In this document: positions 40,550 to 49,801 of the stretch, in pieces | How positions within the stretch are numbered: the stretch's first letter is position 1 | How the letters are laid out: the number at the start of each line of letters is the position of its first letter | Source of the DNA: Candidatus Nomurabacteria bacterium | Lineage (GTDB): Bacteria; Patescibacteriota; Minisyncoccia; Phycocordibacterales; UBA9973 | Assembly: GCA_020845875.1 (NCBI GenBank) | Contig: JADLEY010000009.1 | Coordinates: 3,907-67,906, forward strand | DNA length: 64,000 nt | Reading direction: 5' to 3' | Program-made: the position numbers and the translations under genes | Notes under the pieces: model-generated | Told to the model about the DNA's origin: nothing | The model's input: the letters and a program-made list of their open reading frames with translations, nothing else | Database searches by the model: none

Positions 40550-42605
40550 TTCTGTATTTACTCTCTCCGACCACTTCGTGCCGGCGGGCGATCAGCCAAA
40601 GGCAATAGAAGGATTGGTGAAAGGCCTAAAGAAAGGGATGCCGATGCAGACGCTTCTGGGCGCCACAGGCACGGGCAAGACCTTCACTATGGCGAATGTC
40701 CTCGCGCAGATGGGCAAGCCCACGCTCGTCATTGCGCACAACAAGACGCTTGCGGCGCAGCTTGCGAGCGAATTTAGAGCATTTTTTCCTGATGCTGCGG
40801 TGCACTACTTCGTTTCGTACTACGACTATTACCAGCCAGAAGCATATCTGCCGACGACCGATACGTATATCGAAAAAGATGCCTCTATCAACAAAGAGAT
40901 AGATAGATTGCGCCATGCCACTACCCAGTCGCTTCTGACACGCAAAGATGTGATTATCGTCGCATCAGTCTCGTGTATTTATGGATTGGGAAGCCCTGCC
41001 GAATATGAAAAGACCAATTTTAAAATAGAAAAAGACATGGCACTCTCGCGTACGCAGGCGATGGAAAAGCTCGTATCAATACACTTCTCTCGTACCAACG
41101 CCGACCTTACTCCCGGTACGTTTCGTGCGCTCGGTAATCGCCTCGATGTCATGCCAGTCAATGATACGGTGATGTATCAAATAGACTTTTCGGGAAATGC
41201 AGTGCAGGGCATTACCAAGATAGACCCTGTCTCATCGCGCATCATTCGTGAAGAAGATTCTATTTTTATTTTCCCTGCGAAGCACTTCATCACCAACAAA
41301 GACGAAAAGGAACGCGCAGTGCGCGATATTGCAGAAGAATTGAAAGGACAGCTTGCGAAGTTTGAAAAAGAAGGCAAGTTGTTGGAAGCAGAGCGCCTCA
41401 AGCGCCGTACCAACTACGACCTCGCGATGATTAAAGAAATGGGCTACACCGCAGGGATAGAAAATTATTCTCGTCATATGAGCGGCAAATCTGCAGGTGA
41501 ACCACCAGATACGCTCTTGTCGTACTTTCCAAAAGACTTCCTCCTCTTCATAGACGAATCTCATGTCACTGTCCCGCAGCTCTCTGCAATGTATTCCGGA
41601 GATGCTGCGCGTAAAGAGACGCTGGTGGAGTTTGGATTTCGTCTGCCGAGTGCAAAGGATAATCGACCGCTGAAGTTTGAAGAGTTCACGAAGCGTATTG
41701 GACAGACGGTGTTTGTCTCTGCAACTCCAGGAAAGTACGAGCGCGAACACAGCGAGCAGACGGTGGAACAGATTATTAGGCCGACAGGACTGGTGGATCC
41801 GATGGTGGAAGTACGACCGATACTAGAGAACAAGGAGTATACAGGGCAGGTGCATGACTTTATTGCAGAAGTAGAGAAAGAAATTGCCAGTGGCGGGCGA
41901 GTGCTCGCAACCACGCTCACCAAAAAAATGGCAGAAGACCTTGCGGCATACCTCAAAGACAAAAAGATAAAGGCGGAGTACCTGCACAGTGATGTGAAGA
42001 CGATTGAACGCATCAAAATCATCACCGACCTGCGTAAAGGGAAGTTTGATGTGCTGGTCGGCGTCAATCTCCTGCGCGAAGGTCTCGACATGCCAGAGGT
42101 CTCGCTCATCGGCATTCTCGATGCGGACAAAGAAGGCTTCTTGCGCAGCGATGTGTCGCTGGTGCAGACTATTGGGCGTGCGGCGCGAAATGTAAATGGC
42201 CGCGTCATTCTCTATGCCGACAGCATCACCGGCTCCATGGAGCGCGCCATCGGCGAGACCAGCCGCCGCCGCGACATACAACTTGCGTACAATCGTGAGC
42301 ACGGCATTACGCCCAAGACCATTGAAAAGAAAATCCACGACATCACAGAGAGCATGGAGAGCGAACACGACAAAGCGGTGAGCGCCGAGCTCTCGCTCGA
42401 TATGGAGCTTTTTGCTGCGGTAGCCGAAATGGAAAAGAAGGGTAAAAAGGGCGGACGCCTTACCAAAAATCCCATCCAAAAACTCATCAAAATGAAAGAG
42501 GATGAGATGAAAGAGGCAGTCAGAGTGCTCGATTTCGAGACAGCGGCCATCCTCCGCGACGAAATCAAAGCCCTTCACAACAAACTAGAAACGAAGATAG
42601 AATAG
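40524..42605 (+). CDS. uvrB: Excinuclease ABC subunit B
   Basis: GATGTGKT, YYDYYQPEAY, DESH, QTIGRAARN. Confidence 0.96.
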   Translation: MTLSKTKNNSVFTLSDHFVPAGDQPKAIEGLVKGLKKGMPMQTLLGATGTGKTFTMANVLAQMGKPTLVIAHNKTLAAQLASEFRAFFPDAAVHYFVSYYDYYQPEAYLPTTDTYIEKDASINKEIDRLRHATTQSLLTRKDVIIVASVSCIYGLGSPAEYEKTNFKIEKDMALSRTQAMEKLVSIHFSRTNADLTPGTFRALGNRLDVMPVNDTVMYQIDFSGNAVQGITKIDPVSSRIIREEDSIFIFPAKHFITNKDEKERAVRDIAEELKGQLAKFEKEGKLLEAERLKRRTNYDLAMIKEMGYTAGIENYSRHMSGKSAGEPPDTLLSYFPKDFLLFIDESHVTVPQLSAMYSGDAARKETLVEFGFRLPSAKDNRPLKFEEFTKRIGQTVFVSATPGKYEREHSEQTVEQIIRPTGLVDPMVEVRPILENKEYTGQVHDFIAEVEKEIASGGRVLATTLTKKMAEDLAAYLKDKKIKAEYLHSDVKTIERIKIITDLRKGKFDVLVGVNLLREGLDMPEVSLIGILDADKEGFLRSDVSLVQTIGRAARNVNGRVILYADSITGSMERAIGETSRRRDIQLAYNREHGITPKTIEKKIHDITESMESEHDKAVSAELSLDMELFAAVAEMEKKGKKGGRLTKNPIQKLIKMKEDEMKEAVRVLDFETAAILRDEIKALHNKLETKIE

Positions 42606-42610
42606 TAGGT

Positions 42611-43042
42611 ATGCAGCTCAACATCAAAAAACTTCACCCAGATGCGACGCTCCCGACTAAAGGGCATCCGGGCGATGCGGGGATAGATTTTTATACGTTG
42701 GAAGAGGTGGTGTTTGCACCGAGGGCGCAGATGCGTGTACCGACCGGTATCGCCCTCGAGATTCCCGACGGGCATGTTGGGCTCGTGTGGGACAAGTCGA
42801 GTATCTCGTTCAACAACCATCTCAAAATAATGGGTGGGGTGATAGACGCAGGATTTCGAGGAGAGTTTGTCGCTTCTCTTGTGAATATGTCGGAGGACAC
42901 GCAGGTGCTCAAAAAAGGACAGAAGTTTACCCAAATGCTTATCCAGAAGTTTGAAGATTGCGATATCGTGGAGGTAGATGCGCTTTCCGATACCGTTCGC
43001 GGAGCAGGGCGAGAGGGGAGCACGGGGCACGGACTCGCATAG
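42611..43042 (+). CDS. dut: dUTP diphosphatase
   Basis: DAGID, KSS, GVIDAGFRGE, RG..GSTG motifs. Confidence 0.92.
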   Translation: MQLNIKKLHPDATLPTKGHPGDAGIDFYTLEEVVFAPRAQMRVPTGIALEIPDGHVGLVWDKSSISFNNHLKIMGGVIDAGFRGEFVASLVNMSEDTQVLKKGQKFTQMLIQKFEDCDIVEVDALSDTVRGAGREGSTGHGLA

Positions 43043-43059
43043 TCTGCTATACTGTGGCT

Positions 43060-43458
43060 ATGAAAAAAGGATACCACGCAAACATTGAGCAGCTGACCAA
43101 AGAAAATACCACCTTCCGCAAGGTGCTGTACACTGGCGCGCATCTGCAGCTCGTCTTGATGACGCTCCAGTCGGCAGAAGAGATAGGGCTTGAAGTGCAC
43201 GAGGAGAACGATCAGTTTTTCCGCTTCGAATCGGGACTTGGTACTGTGCTCGTCGGTGAGACGGAGTACATGGTGGGCGATGGTGATACAGTCATCGTAC
43301 CTGCGGGTACCCAGCACAACGTCATGAATACGGGAAGTGAACCACTCAAACTCTACACGATCTACTCACCGGCACATCACAAAGACGGCATTGTGCGTGC
43401 TACCAAGGCAGAAGCTGAGGCGAGTGAAGAAGAGTTTGATGGTGCGACCACTGAATAA
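43060..43458 (+). CDS. Cupin domain protein
   Basis: EIGLEVH..DQFFR, VPAGTQHNV, KLYTIYSP. Confidence 0.88.
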   Translation: MKKGYHANIEQLTKENTTFRKVLYTGAHLQLVLMTLQSAEEIGLEVHEENDQFFRFESGLGTVLVGETEYMVGDGDTVIVPAGTQHNVMNTGSEPLKLYTIYSPAHHKDGIVRATKAEAEASEEEFDGATTE

Positions 43459-43464
43459 CTCGCG

Positions 43465-43680
43465 ATGTTTATAAAGGTACGGGTGTTTCCGGAAAGCAGT
43501 GAGGACAAGATAAAACAGCAGTCAGATGACGTGTTTGATGTCCGCGTGCGTGCCGCAGCCCAAAATGGTCATGCCAACCGCGAAGTGATACATCTGCTCT
43601 CCAAACATTTCAACGCTGGCGTGAAGCTTGTCTCAGGCGGTACCCGAAGTCACAAGATTTTTGAAGTGACGGGGAAGTAG
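43465..43680 (+). CDS. DUF167 (YggU) family protein
   Basis: IKVRVFP..VRAAAQNGHAN..LVSGGTRSHK. Confidence 0.82.
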   Translation: MFIKVRVFPESSEDKIKQQSDDVFDVRVRAAAQNGHANREVIHLLSKHFNAGVKLVSGGTRSHKIFEVTGK

Positions 43681-43719
43681 GCTTGACTTTCGGTACCCTC
43701 GATAGGATAATCGAGATGT

Positions 43720-43920
43720 ATGATGGAAAAAATGAATTTCACGGGACCTTCTATTATAGAGGATATGGCGGTGGCACGGGTAATTGAGTCAATGGAAAAA
43801 ACAAACGATGTTGCCGGGCTTGAGGCGATGAAAGTAGGTGAAGAAGAAGGATCAAAGACACTCACTCGTATCAACGCTGCCATCGAGCGTCTCAAACAGA
43901 AAGAAGAACCAAATCAATAA
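43720..43920 (+). CDS. Hypothetical small protein
   Basis: 66-aa ORF filling the intergenic space, TTGACT upstream. Confidence 0.5.
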   Translation: MMEKMNFTGPSIIEDMAVARVIESMEKTNDVAGLEAMKVGEEEGSKTLTRINAAIERLKQKEEPNQ

Positions 43921-43947
43921 TTATCAAAACCGTACCAAAATGCGGTT

Positions 43948-44388
43948 TTACTTTTTCACCGGATGCAGATGCGCCGCAATCCCAATAGCAGCGGCGATGA
44001 GCGCGAGGTTTTTGATGATGTATTGGCCCTCAAGGGTGGGTACCCACGCCCTCTGCCAGGTCGCTTCTTTGAGGTAGATGAGCGGGAGGAAGGTCGTGAC
44101 CATATGGAAAAGGAGGAGCGGGAGGACTATGCGTTCTGCGCCGGGGATAAGAAAGAGGATGCCGATGAGCATTTCAAACAATGCGAAAAGGAGGTAGAAG
44201 GTATCAAACGACATCCAATTGATGGTCTGGTCAAACAGTGAGTGTACCAGTGCACCTGCAGGAGAGAGGCCGAGGGCTTTCAAGAGGCCAAACCAGAAGA
44301 AAACAACGAAGAGCGCAATGCGCGCTGCTGGTACACTGATACGGCGGAAAAAATGGATAAGATGGATGTCGAGGGTGCGTAGTGACAT
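43948..44388 (-). CDS. DoxX/YkgB-like membrane protein
   Basis: FFWFGLLK..SPA, TLEGQYIIKNL. Confidence 0.75.
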   Translation of the reverse strand: MSLRTLDIHLIHFFRRISVPAARIALFVVFFWFGLLKALGLSPAGALVHSLFDQTINWMSFDTFYLLFALFEMLIGILFLIPGAERIVLPLLLFHMVTTFLPLIYLKEATWQRAWVPTLEGQYIIKNLALIAAAIGIAAHLHPVKK

Positions 44389-44474
44389 AGTAGGAGTATA
44401 TCACTCTCGACTACTTAGGAGACAAAATCCCGCATCGAAGCGGGATTTTGCTATAGGAGAAAGTCTGACGTGAT

Positions 44475-44702
44475 TTACATTGTTGTTGCTTTCTGTTGGG
44501 GTGCATTGCACTCCTTGCAGCGCTTATGGTGTCCAAAAATTTCGCACAGCGCCGAAAGACCGACAAGGATGTAAATAATGCGCGAAATAGTTGCGCCCAT
44601 CCCACCGAAGAGTTGGCCAATATCCCAGCCAAAAAGTCCAACTAATAGCCAATTCAATCCTCCAATAACCAAAAGCACAAACGCGAGCTTATGTAATTTC
44701 AT
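44475..44702 (-). CDS. DUF378 family small membrane protein
   Basis: LLVIGGLNWLLVGLF..IIYILVGLSA. Confidence 0.85.
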   Translation of the reverse strand: MKLHKLAFVLLVIGGLNWLLVGLFGWDIGQLFGGMGATISRIIYILVGLSALCEIFGHHKRCKECNAPQQKATTM

Positions 44703-44854
44703 AATAATGTATATTACTTGATAATACGCGTACCACTCTAGTATAACCCTTTTTACTTCTGTCCATATGAGAAGCTGTGGAGAATGAGGGATAGTATGCT
44801 ACAATCGCCCTATGCACCCCCTCGCGCACTTGCGGAGGGGATTTGGAGGTTTAT

Positions 44855-47479
44855 ATGGCAGTCAAAAAAACACTAGCAGAACAGGGGGAGATTGTAGTAA
44901 AAGGTGCGCGCACCCACAATCTCAAAAACATCTCCGTCACGATGCCCAGGGGCAAGATGATTGCCATCACGGGCCTGTCGGGGAGCGGGAAGAGCTCGCT
45001 CGCATTTGATACCATTTTTGCCGAAGGGCAGCGACGGTATGTGGAGAGCTTGTCGAGCTATGCACGGCAGTTTTTGAACCAGATGCCTAAGCCCGATGTT
45101 GATGAGATTACAGGGCTCTCTCCTGCAATTTCGATTGACCAAAAATCCCGCTCCAACAACCCGCGCTCCACGGTGGCGACTATTACAGAGATATATGACT
45201 ACCTCCGTGTCTTGTATGCGCGCGTGGGGAGAGCATACTGTCCGGTGTGTGGGACACATATCACCAAGCTCTCGCAGGAGGAGATAAACAATTTTATCCT
45301 CGCCAAAATCAAGGAACTTTCAAAGACAACGAATAAGAAGGTGATGAACGTAGAGTTCAACGATACGCGCATACAGGTGTATGCACCGATTGTTCGCGGA
45401 CGAAAAGGGGAATACTACCAGCTCCTCTATGATCTGCTCGGCAAGGGCTTTGCAACAGTGCGTGTAGATGGCATGACACACAGCCTACGCGAAAAGATAG
45501 AGCTCAAGAAAAATGACAAACATACGATAGAAGTCTTGGTCGATGAGCTCGCCGTGCATGAGTTCAAAGATAATCCGCGCGATGCGGAGCTGCGCCTCGC
45601 GGAGGCGGTGGAGCGGGCGCTTCTGGAGGCGGATGGACTGGTGCAGATTGTGTTCGGTGCCTCCGCAGACTTCGACATGCAGACGGACGTGGCGAGCGAA
45701 TTTCTCCTTTCGTCAAAGTTTGCCTGCCCGAACGACGGCTTTTCATTTCCAGAAATAGAACCGAGACTGTTTTCATTCAACAGCCCATATGGCGCGTGCC
45801 CGGAATGCAACGGCATCGGCACGAAGTTTTTTGGCGGCACCGAGCCGTGTGAAGTCTGCGGCGGCAAACGGCTGCGCACCGAGGCATTGCATGTGTATTT
45901 AGAAGATACCAAAAGCAAGACGAACATCGTCGACCTCACCTCTTTTTCGGTAGAGCAGACGTTTGATTTCTTCGATTCGCTCAAGCTTTCGGCAAAAGAC
46001 AGGGAAGTGGCAAAGGCGGTGCTGAAGGAAATAGAAGACCGCCTCACCTTCCTCCTCAATGTGGGACTGGAATACCTCGCGCTCTCTCGTACGACAAACA
46101 CGCTTTCGGGCGGCGAAGCACAGCGCATCCGCCTCGCCTCACAGCTCGGCAGTCGCCTTGTGGGGGCGATGTATGTGCTCGACGAGCCGACCATCGGGCT
46201 TCACCAGCGTGACAACGAGCGGCTTATCAAGACGCTCGAAGACTTACGTGATATTGGTAATACGATTGTAGTGGTGGAGCACGATGAAGATACGATTCTC
46301 GCATCGGACTATATGGTAGAAATCGGGCCAGGTGCCGGCATCCACGGCGGGAATGTCATCGTAGCAGATGATTTACAGAAGCTCTTGAATGCAAAAACAA
46401 ATCCAAGCAAATCACGCACGCTCGCATACCTGCGTCGTGATGAAGAAATCGCCATACCGGACAAGCGCCGCGACGACGACAAGGGCGCACTCAAAGTGGT
46501 CGGTGCAAAGCTGCACAATATCGATAATCAAAATATTGAGGTGCCGTTGGGTCGTATGGTGGCTATTACTGGCGTAAGTGGTTCGGGCAAGAGCACCTTC
46601 CTTTATGATATTTTGCACAAAAATCTGCAGGGCCGGTTTGAACGCAAACACCGCACAGCGCAGGTTCATAACGCCGCATCGTTTTCCGGTACCGAATATC
46701 TTTCGCGCGCAATCATGATTGACCAGTCGCCGATTGGTCGCACCCCACGAAGCAACATCGCCACCTATACCGGTGCGTTTACGCACATTCGTGATTTGTT
46801 TGCTGCGACAGAGGAGGCGCGCCTGCGCGGGTGGAAGATCAATCGTTTCTCATTCAATGTGAAAGGGGGGCGGTGTGAGGCATGTGAGGGAAATGGAGAG
46901 ATCGCGGTGGAGATGCACTTCCTCCCCACTGTGTATGTCACCTGTGATGTGTGTGGTGGCAAGCGATTTGATAAAGAGACGCTGACGGTGAAATACAAGC
47001 GCAAGAGCATCTACGATGTCCTTCAGCTCTCTGTCGAAGAAGCGCTGGAGTTCTTTGGTGATATTCCTGCAATATACGACCGATTGAAGACACTCAATGA
47101 TGTGGGGCTTGGCTATGTGAAGCTGGGACAGAGCGCCACCACGCTCTCTGGTGGAGAGGCGCAGCGTGTGAAGATTGCGAGTGAGCTGTACCGCCCGTGG
47201 ATGGAAAAGACAATCTATCTTCTTGATGAGCCAACGGTAGGGTTGCACTATGACGATGTAAAAAATCTTATCGCTGTATTAAATCGGCTCGTAGCGAAAG
47301 GGAATACCGTAGTGGTGATTGAGCACAATCTCGACCTCATCAAGTGCGCTGATTATCTGATTGACTTCGGTCCCGAAGGAGGAGCGCACGGCGGAAAAAT
47401 CATCGCAAAAGGCACGCCGGAAGAAGTAGCGAACAATCCCAAGTCGCACACAGGGAAGTATCTGAAGAAAATTTTGTAA
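44855..47479 (+). CDS. uvrA: Excinuclease ABC subunit A
   Basis: [24 protein letters not shown], two LSGGEAQR motifs. Confidence 0.96.
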   Translation: MAVKKTLAEQGEIVVKGARTHNLKNISVTMPRGKMIAITGLSGSGKSSLAFDTIFAEGQRRYVESLSSYARQFLNQMPKPDVDEITGLSPAISIDQKSRSNNPRSTVATITEIYDYLRVLYARVGRAYCPVCGTHITKLSQEEINNFILAKIKELSKTTNKKVMNVEFNDTRIQVYAPIVRGRKGEYYQLLYDLLGKGFATVRVDGMTHSLREKIELKKNDKHTIEVLVDELAVHEFKDNPRDAELRLAEAVERALLEADGLVQIVFGASADFDMQTDVASEFLLSSKFACPNDGFSFPEIEPRLFSFNSPYGACPECNGIGTKFFGGTEPCEVCGGKRLRTEALHVYLEDTKSKTNIVDLTSFSVEQTFDFFDSLKLSAKDREVAKAVLKEIEDRLTFLLNVGLEYLALSRTTNTLSGGEAQRIRLASQLGSRLVGAMYVLDEPTIGLHQRDNERLIKTLEDLRDIGNTIVVVEHDEDTILASDYMVEIGPGAGIHGGNVIVADDLQKLLNAKTNPSKSRTLAYLRRDEEIAIPDKRRDDDKGALKVVGAKLHNIDNQNIEVPLGRMVAITGVSGSGKSTFLYDILHKNLQGRFERKHRTAQVHNAASFSGTEYLSRAIMIDQSPIGRTPRSNIATYTGAFTHIRDLFAATEEARLRGWKINRFSFNVKGGRCEACEGNGEIAVEMHFLPTVYVTCDVCGGKRFDKETLTVKYKRKSIYDVLQLSVEEALEFFGDIPAIYDRLKTLNDVGLGYVKLGQSATTLSGGEAQRVKIASELYRPWMEKTIYLLDEPTVGLHYDDVKNLIAVLNRLVAKGNTVVVIEHNLDLIKCADYLIDFGPEGGAHGGKIIAKGTPEEVANNPKSHTGKYLKKIL

Positions 47480-47480
47480 T

Positions 47481-48137
47481 ATGACTCCGCGCGAGCTGGA
47501 ACAAAGAAAAGAAATTTGGAAAAAGATCGCGCCGGTATTGCTCAAACAGTATCGCCGCGATGAGACGTTTTTGACGTGGGCAAATCCGTGGCAGCTGACG
47601 GTCGCGGTCACGCTCTCGGCACAGACGACGGATGATATGGTGAACAAGGTCACGCCGGCACTTTTTAAGAAATATCCGACTCCCGCGAAGCTCGCCGCTG
47701 CGCCAGTGGGTGATATTGAGAAACTGATAAGCAGGCTCGGATTTTTCCGCAGTAAAGCGAAGTATATAAAGGCAGCCGCGAAAATCGTCGCTGACGATTT
47801 TCGCGGCGTGATTCCGCACGATCCAATCGAGCTCCAAAAACTTCAGGGCATCGGTCGTAAAGGTGCAGTGGCGGTGATTTCAAACGCGTATCCCAAGTAT
47901 GCCAACATCGGCATTCCAGTGGACACGCATGTTATCCGATTCGCGAAGCGTTTCGGTCTCTCTAGACAAACTGATCCGTCAAAAATAGAACAAGACCTTC
48001 TACAAATCATTCCTAAAAAAGACTGGAAACGCGCCGGCTACGCCATCAAAGAATACGGTCGCAAAGAGGGCAAAGCTCGCGCCTACAATCCCGCCCTTGA
48101 TCCGCTCATGCAGGCAATAAAAAATTGTGTTAGATAA
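47481..48137 (+). CDS. nth: Endonuclease III (no Fe-S cluster tail)
   Basis: LSAQTTD..VN, LQGIGRK, VDTHV. Confidence 0.88.
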   Translation: MTPRELEQRKEIWKKIAPVLLKQYRRDETFLTWANPWQLTVAVTLSAQTTDDMVNKVTPALFKKYPTPAKLAAAPVGDIEKLISRLGFFRSKAKYIKAAAKIVADDFRGVIPHDPIELQKLQGIGRKGAVAVISNAYPKYANIGIPVDTHVIRFAKRFGLSRQTDPSKIEQDLLQIIPKKDWKRAGYAIKEYGRKEGKARAYNPALDPLMQAIKNCVR

Positions 48138-48150
48138 AATCTAACACAAT
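48124..48150. terminator. Hairpin between nth and the convergent small ORF
   Basis: ATTGTGTTAGAT-AAA-ATCTAACACAAT perfect 12-bp stem. Confidence 0.7.
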
Positions 48151-48160
48151 CAGTTAATTG

Positions 48161-48397
48161 CTACTTTCTCAAAAAGGAAGGCACATCTGGCACATCTTGT
48201 AATATTTTATATGCTTCTTCAAAAATAGTTTGATGTTCTTTGTCAAAGTTTCTTGAAGCAGTATATTGCTCCCGGATTTGTTCCCATGTTAGATCTTCGT
48301 AAACCTTGTATGAGCGGTATGCGTACCCAGAGTCAATATATTTTTTCTTTGAGATGCTATCAGCAATCTTCATTGCTATTGCGTATGCATTTTCCAT
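48161..48397 (-). CDS. Hypothetical 78-aa protein (module 1)
   Basis: AT-rich ORF with its own TTGACG-N17-TATCAT promoter (48444-48416) and downstream hairpin. Confidence 0.65.
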   Translation of the reverse strand: MENAYAIAMKIADSISKKKYIDSGYAYRSYKVYEDLTWEQIREQYTASRNFDKEHQTIFEEAYKILQDVPDVPSFLRK

Positions 48398-48452
48398 AAT
48401 TTTAAGTCTTGCGTTATGATAGCATGTATCTTATGATTCGTCAAGAGAAATA

Positions 48453-48485
48453 AAAACTGCGTTAGGTCTTGCCTAACGCAGTTTT
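48453..48485. terminator. Intrinsic terminator of module 2
   Basis: AAAACTGCGTTAGG-TCTTG-CCTAACGCAGTTTT; homologous hairpin at 49410-49440. Confidence 0.8.
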
Positions 48486-48705
48486 GCTTTGCTCTTTCTG
48501 TATCTGTATTTTTCAGCCAAATCGTATAAAGATTGGCACAACAACATAACAAGCGTCACGAGCAGCCAAAAATATATCCTGATAGGATTGCTAACAGCGG
48601 ATTTACAGAGATAGCCGCGATAGCACAAATGACGCAAGTGATTGGCCAAATACAGAATAGGTAACCCGCAAAGACGAATACTTTTACAAAGTTATACCAT
48701 TTCAT
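48473..48705 (-). pseudogene. Small membrane-protein gene, apparently frameshifted (49 aa as read, ~77 aa if corrected)
   Basis: ATG at 48705 gives MKWYNFVKVFVFAGYLF...SGYIFGCS*; one extra T in the T5 run gives ...YIFWLLVTLVMLLCQSLYDLAEKYRYRKSKAKLR*. Confidence 0.5.
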
Positions 48706-48799
48706 TTTTTAAGTTTTGTGATACTATACTGCCTATATTATGATTCGTCAAGATTTAAAAAAACTCTTACCTTACGTCCTCTTGCAAATCAAAAACCTG

Positions 48800-49374
48800 A
48801 TATACTCAAACTATGCTATCGCGCAAAATGAGTATAGAAGAGAAAATTATGAGATTTCTGTACGACAGAAAGTATTTGCACGCTCTCGCATTTAGTACCC
48901 TGCTACAAGAACCTTCTTTTTCTTCATACAAACCACAATCCATACGAAACGCGCTCACTAAGCTTTCGAAACAAGAACTAGTGCGCACCGGTGCCGACGG
49001 TATCATGCTCCACACAAAGGGGAGAGCGTATATAGAACAGAGGATGGCGCGGCTTCAACTATTTGATTCGCCGTTTACCAAGAATGCCCCGAAAAATCTG
49101 CTCGTGCTTTTTGATATCCCCGAAGATTGCAAGGCTGAGCGGGAGTGGTTTCGCCGGCAGCTCCGCGAGTTTGGCTACGACATGGTGCAAAAGAGTGTAT
49201 GGCTCGGACCGTCGCCATTGCCGAAAGAATTTGTGGAATATGTAAAAACTATCGGATTGCGCGATTGCATCAAAACATTTCGCCTCGCCCGCAATCAGCA
49301 GAGTGAACTGAAAAACAGCAAGATGAAAAAATAACTATATACTCATTCTGTGCTATCGCACAATTTGAGTATAT
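48800..49374. repeat. Pair of 38-bp imperfect palindromes bracketing the PaaX/Cas2-like gene (48800-48837, 49337-49374)
   Basis: ATATACTCA-N20-TGAGTATA with TGCTATCGC core; 31/38 identical by hand count. Confidence 0.8.
48813..49334 (+). CDS. PaaX-like protein: N-terminal wHTH plus Cas2-like ferredoxin domain (start 48813 or 48828)
   Basis: SIRNALTKLSKQELV (wHTH); LLVLFDIPE..REWFRRQLREFGYDMVQKSVW (Cas2/PaaX-central motif). Confidence 0.8.
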   Translation: MLSRKMSIEEKIMRFLYDRKYLHALAFSTLLQEPSFSSYKPQSIRNALTKLSKQELVRTGADGIMLHTKGRAYIEQRMARLQLFDSPFTKNAPKNLLVLFDIPEDCKAEREWFRRQLREFGYDMVQKSVWLGPSPLPKEFVEYVKTIGLRDCIKTFRLARNQQSELKNSKMKK

Positions 49375-49451
49375 GCATGTTTCTGGTGTGTGAGAATTAT
49401 TGAGTAATAAAAAACTGCGCTGGGTTGTGCCTAGTGCAGTAGTAGTTTCAT

Positions 49452-49685
49452 TTACAAAAGTCTTTCACCTCCATCAGTTTCTTCGTTAAACCTTACGAGT
49501 CCTACAATAGCTTCAGCTAATGCTTTTCTTGCCCGATAGTCTGGATTTTCCAAGCGTTTTCTTTCCAGCTCTTTTTCAACTCTGTAATCATACGTTCGAG
49601 CATCATCCTCGCAACCGAAGGTTTGTGTTTCCTCATCAAAGTCAAGGTCTGCTACTAACGGATCATCTTTTTTCATTTTTTCCAT
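49452..49685 (-). CDS. Hypothetical acidic 77-aa protein, divergent from the effector
   Basis: Own TTGACG-N16-TATTAT promoter (49730-49703) and downstream hairpin 49410-49440. Confidence 0.65.
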   Translation of the reverse strand: MEKMKKDDPLVADLDFDEETQTFGCEDDARTYDYRVEKELERKRLENPDYRARKALAEAIVGLVRFNEETDGGERLL

Positions 49686-49749
49686 AACAAATATTTTCTG
49701 TTATAATACACCCGTTTTATGATTCGTCAAGATTGATAAAGGAGGTATA

Positions 49750-49777
49750 TTGACATATAGATAAAAATGTTTATAAT
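49750..49777 (+). promoter_or_regulatory. Consensus sigma-70 promoter of the TnpB/Cas12-like gene
   Basis: TTGACA-N16-TATAAT. Confidence 0.8.
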
Positions 49778-49801
49778 GGTAAGAAACAAAACCATTTGTA
49801 C

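Noticed and set aside
20303-47248. Long antisense or alternate-frame ORFs inside rpoB, rpoC, tsf, uvrB and uvrA
   Set aside because: Shadow ORFs from codon bias; no recognisable motifs
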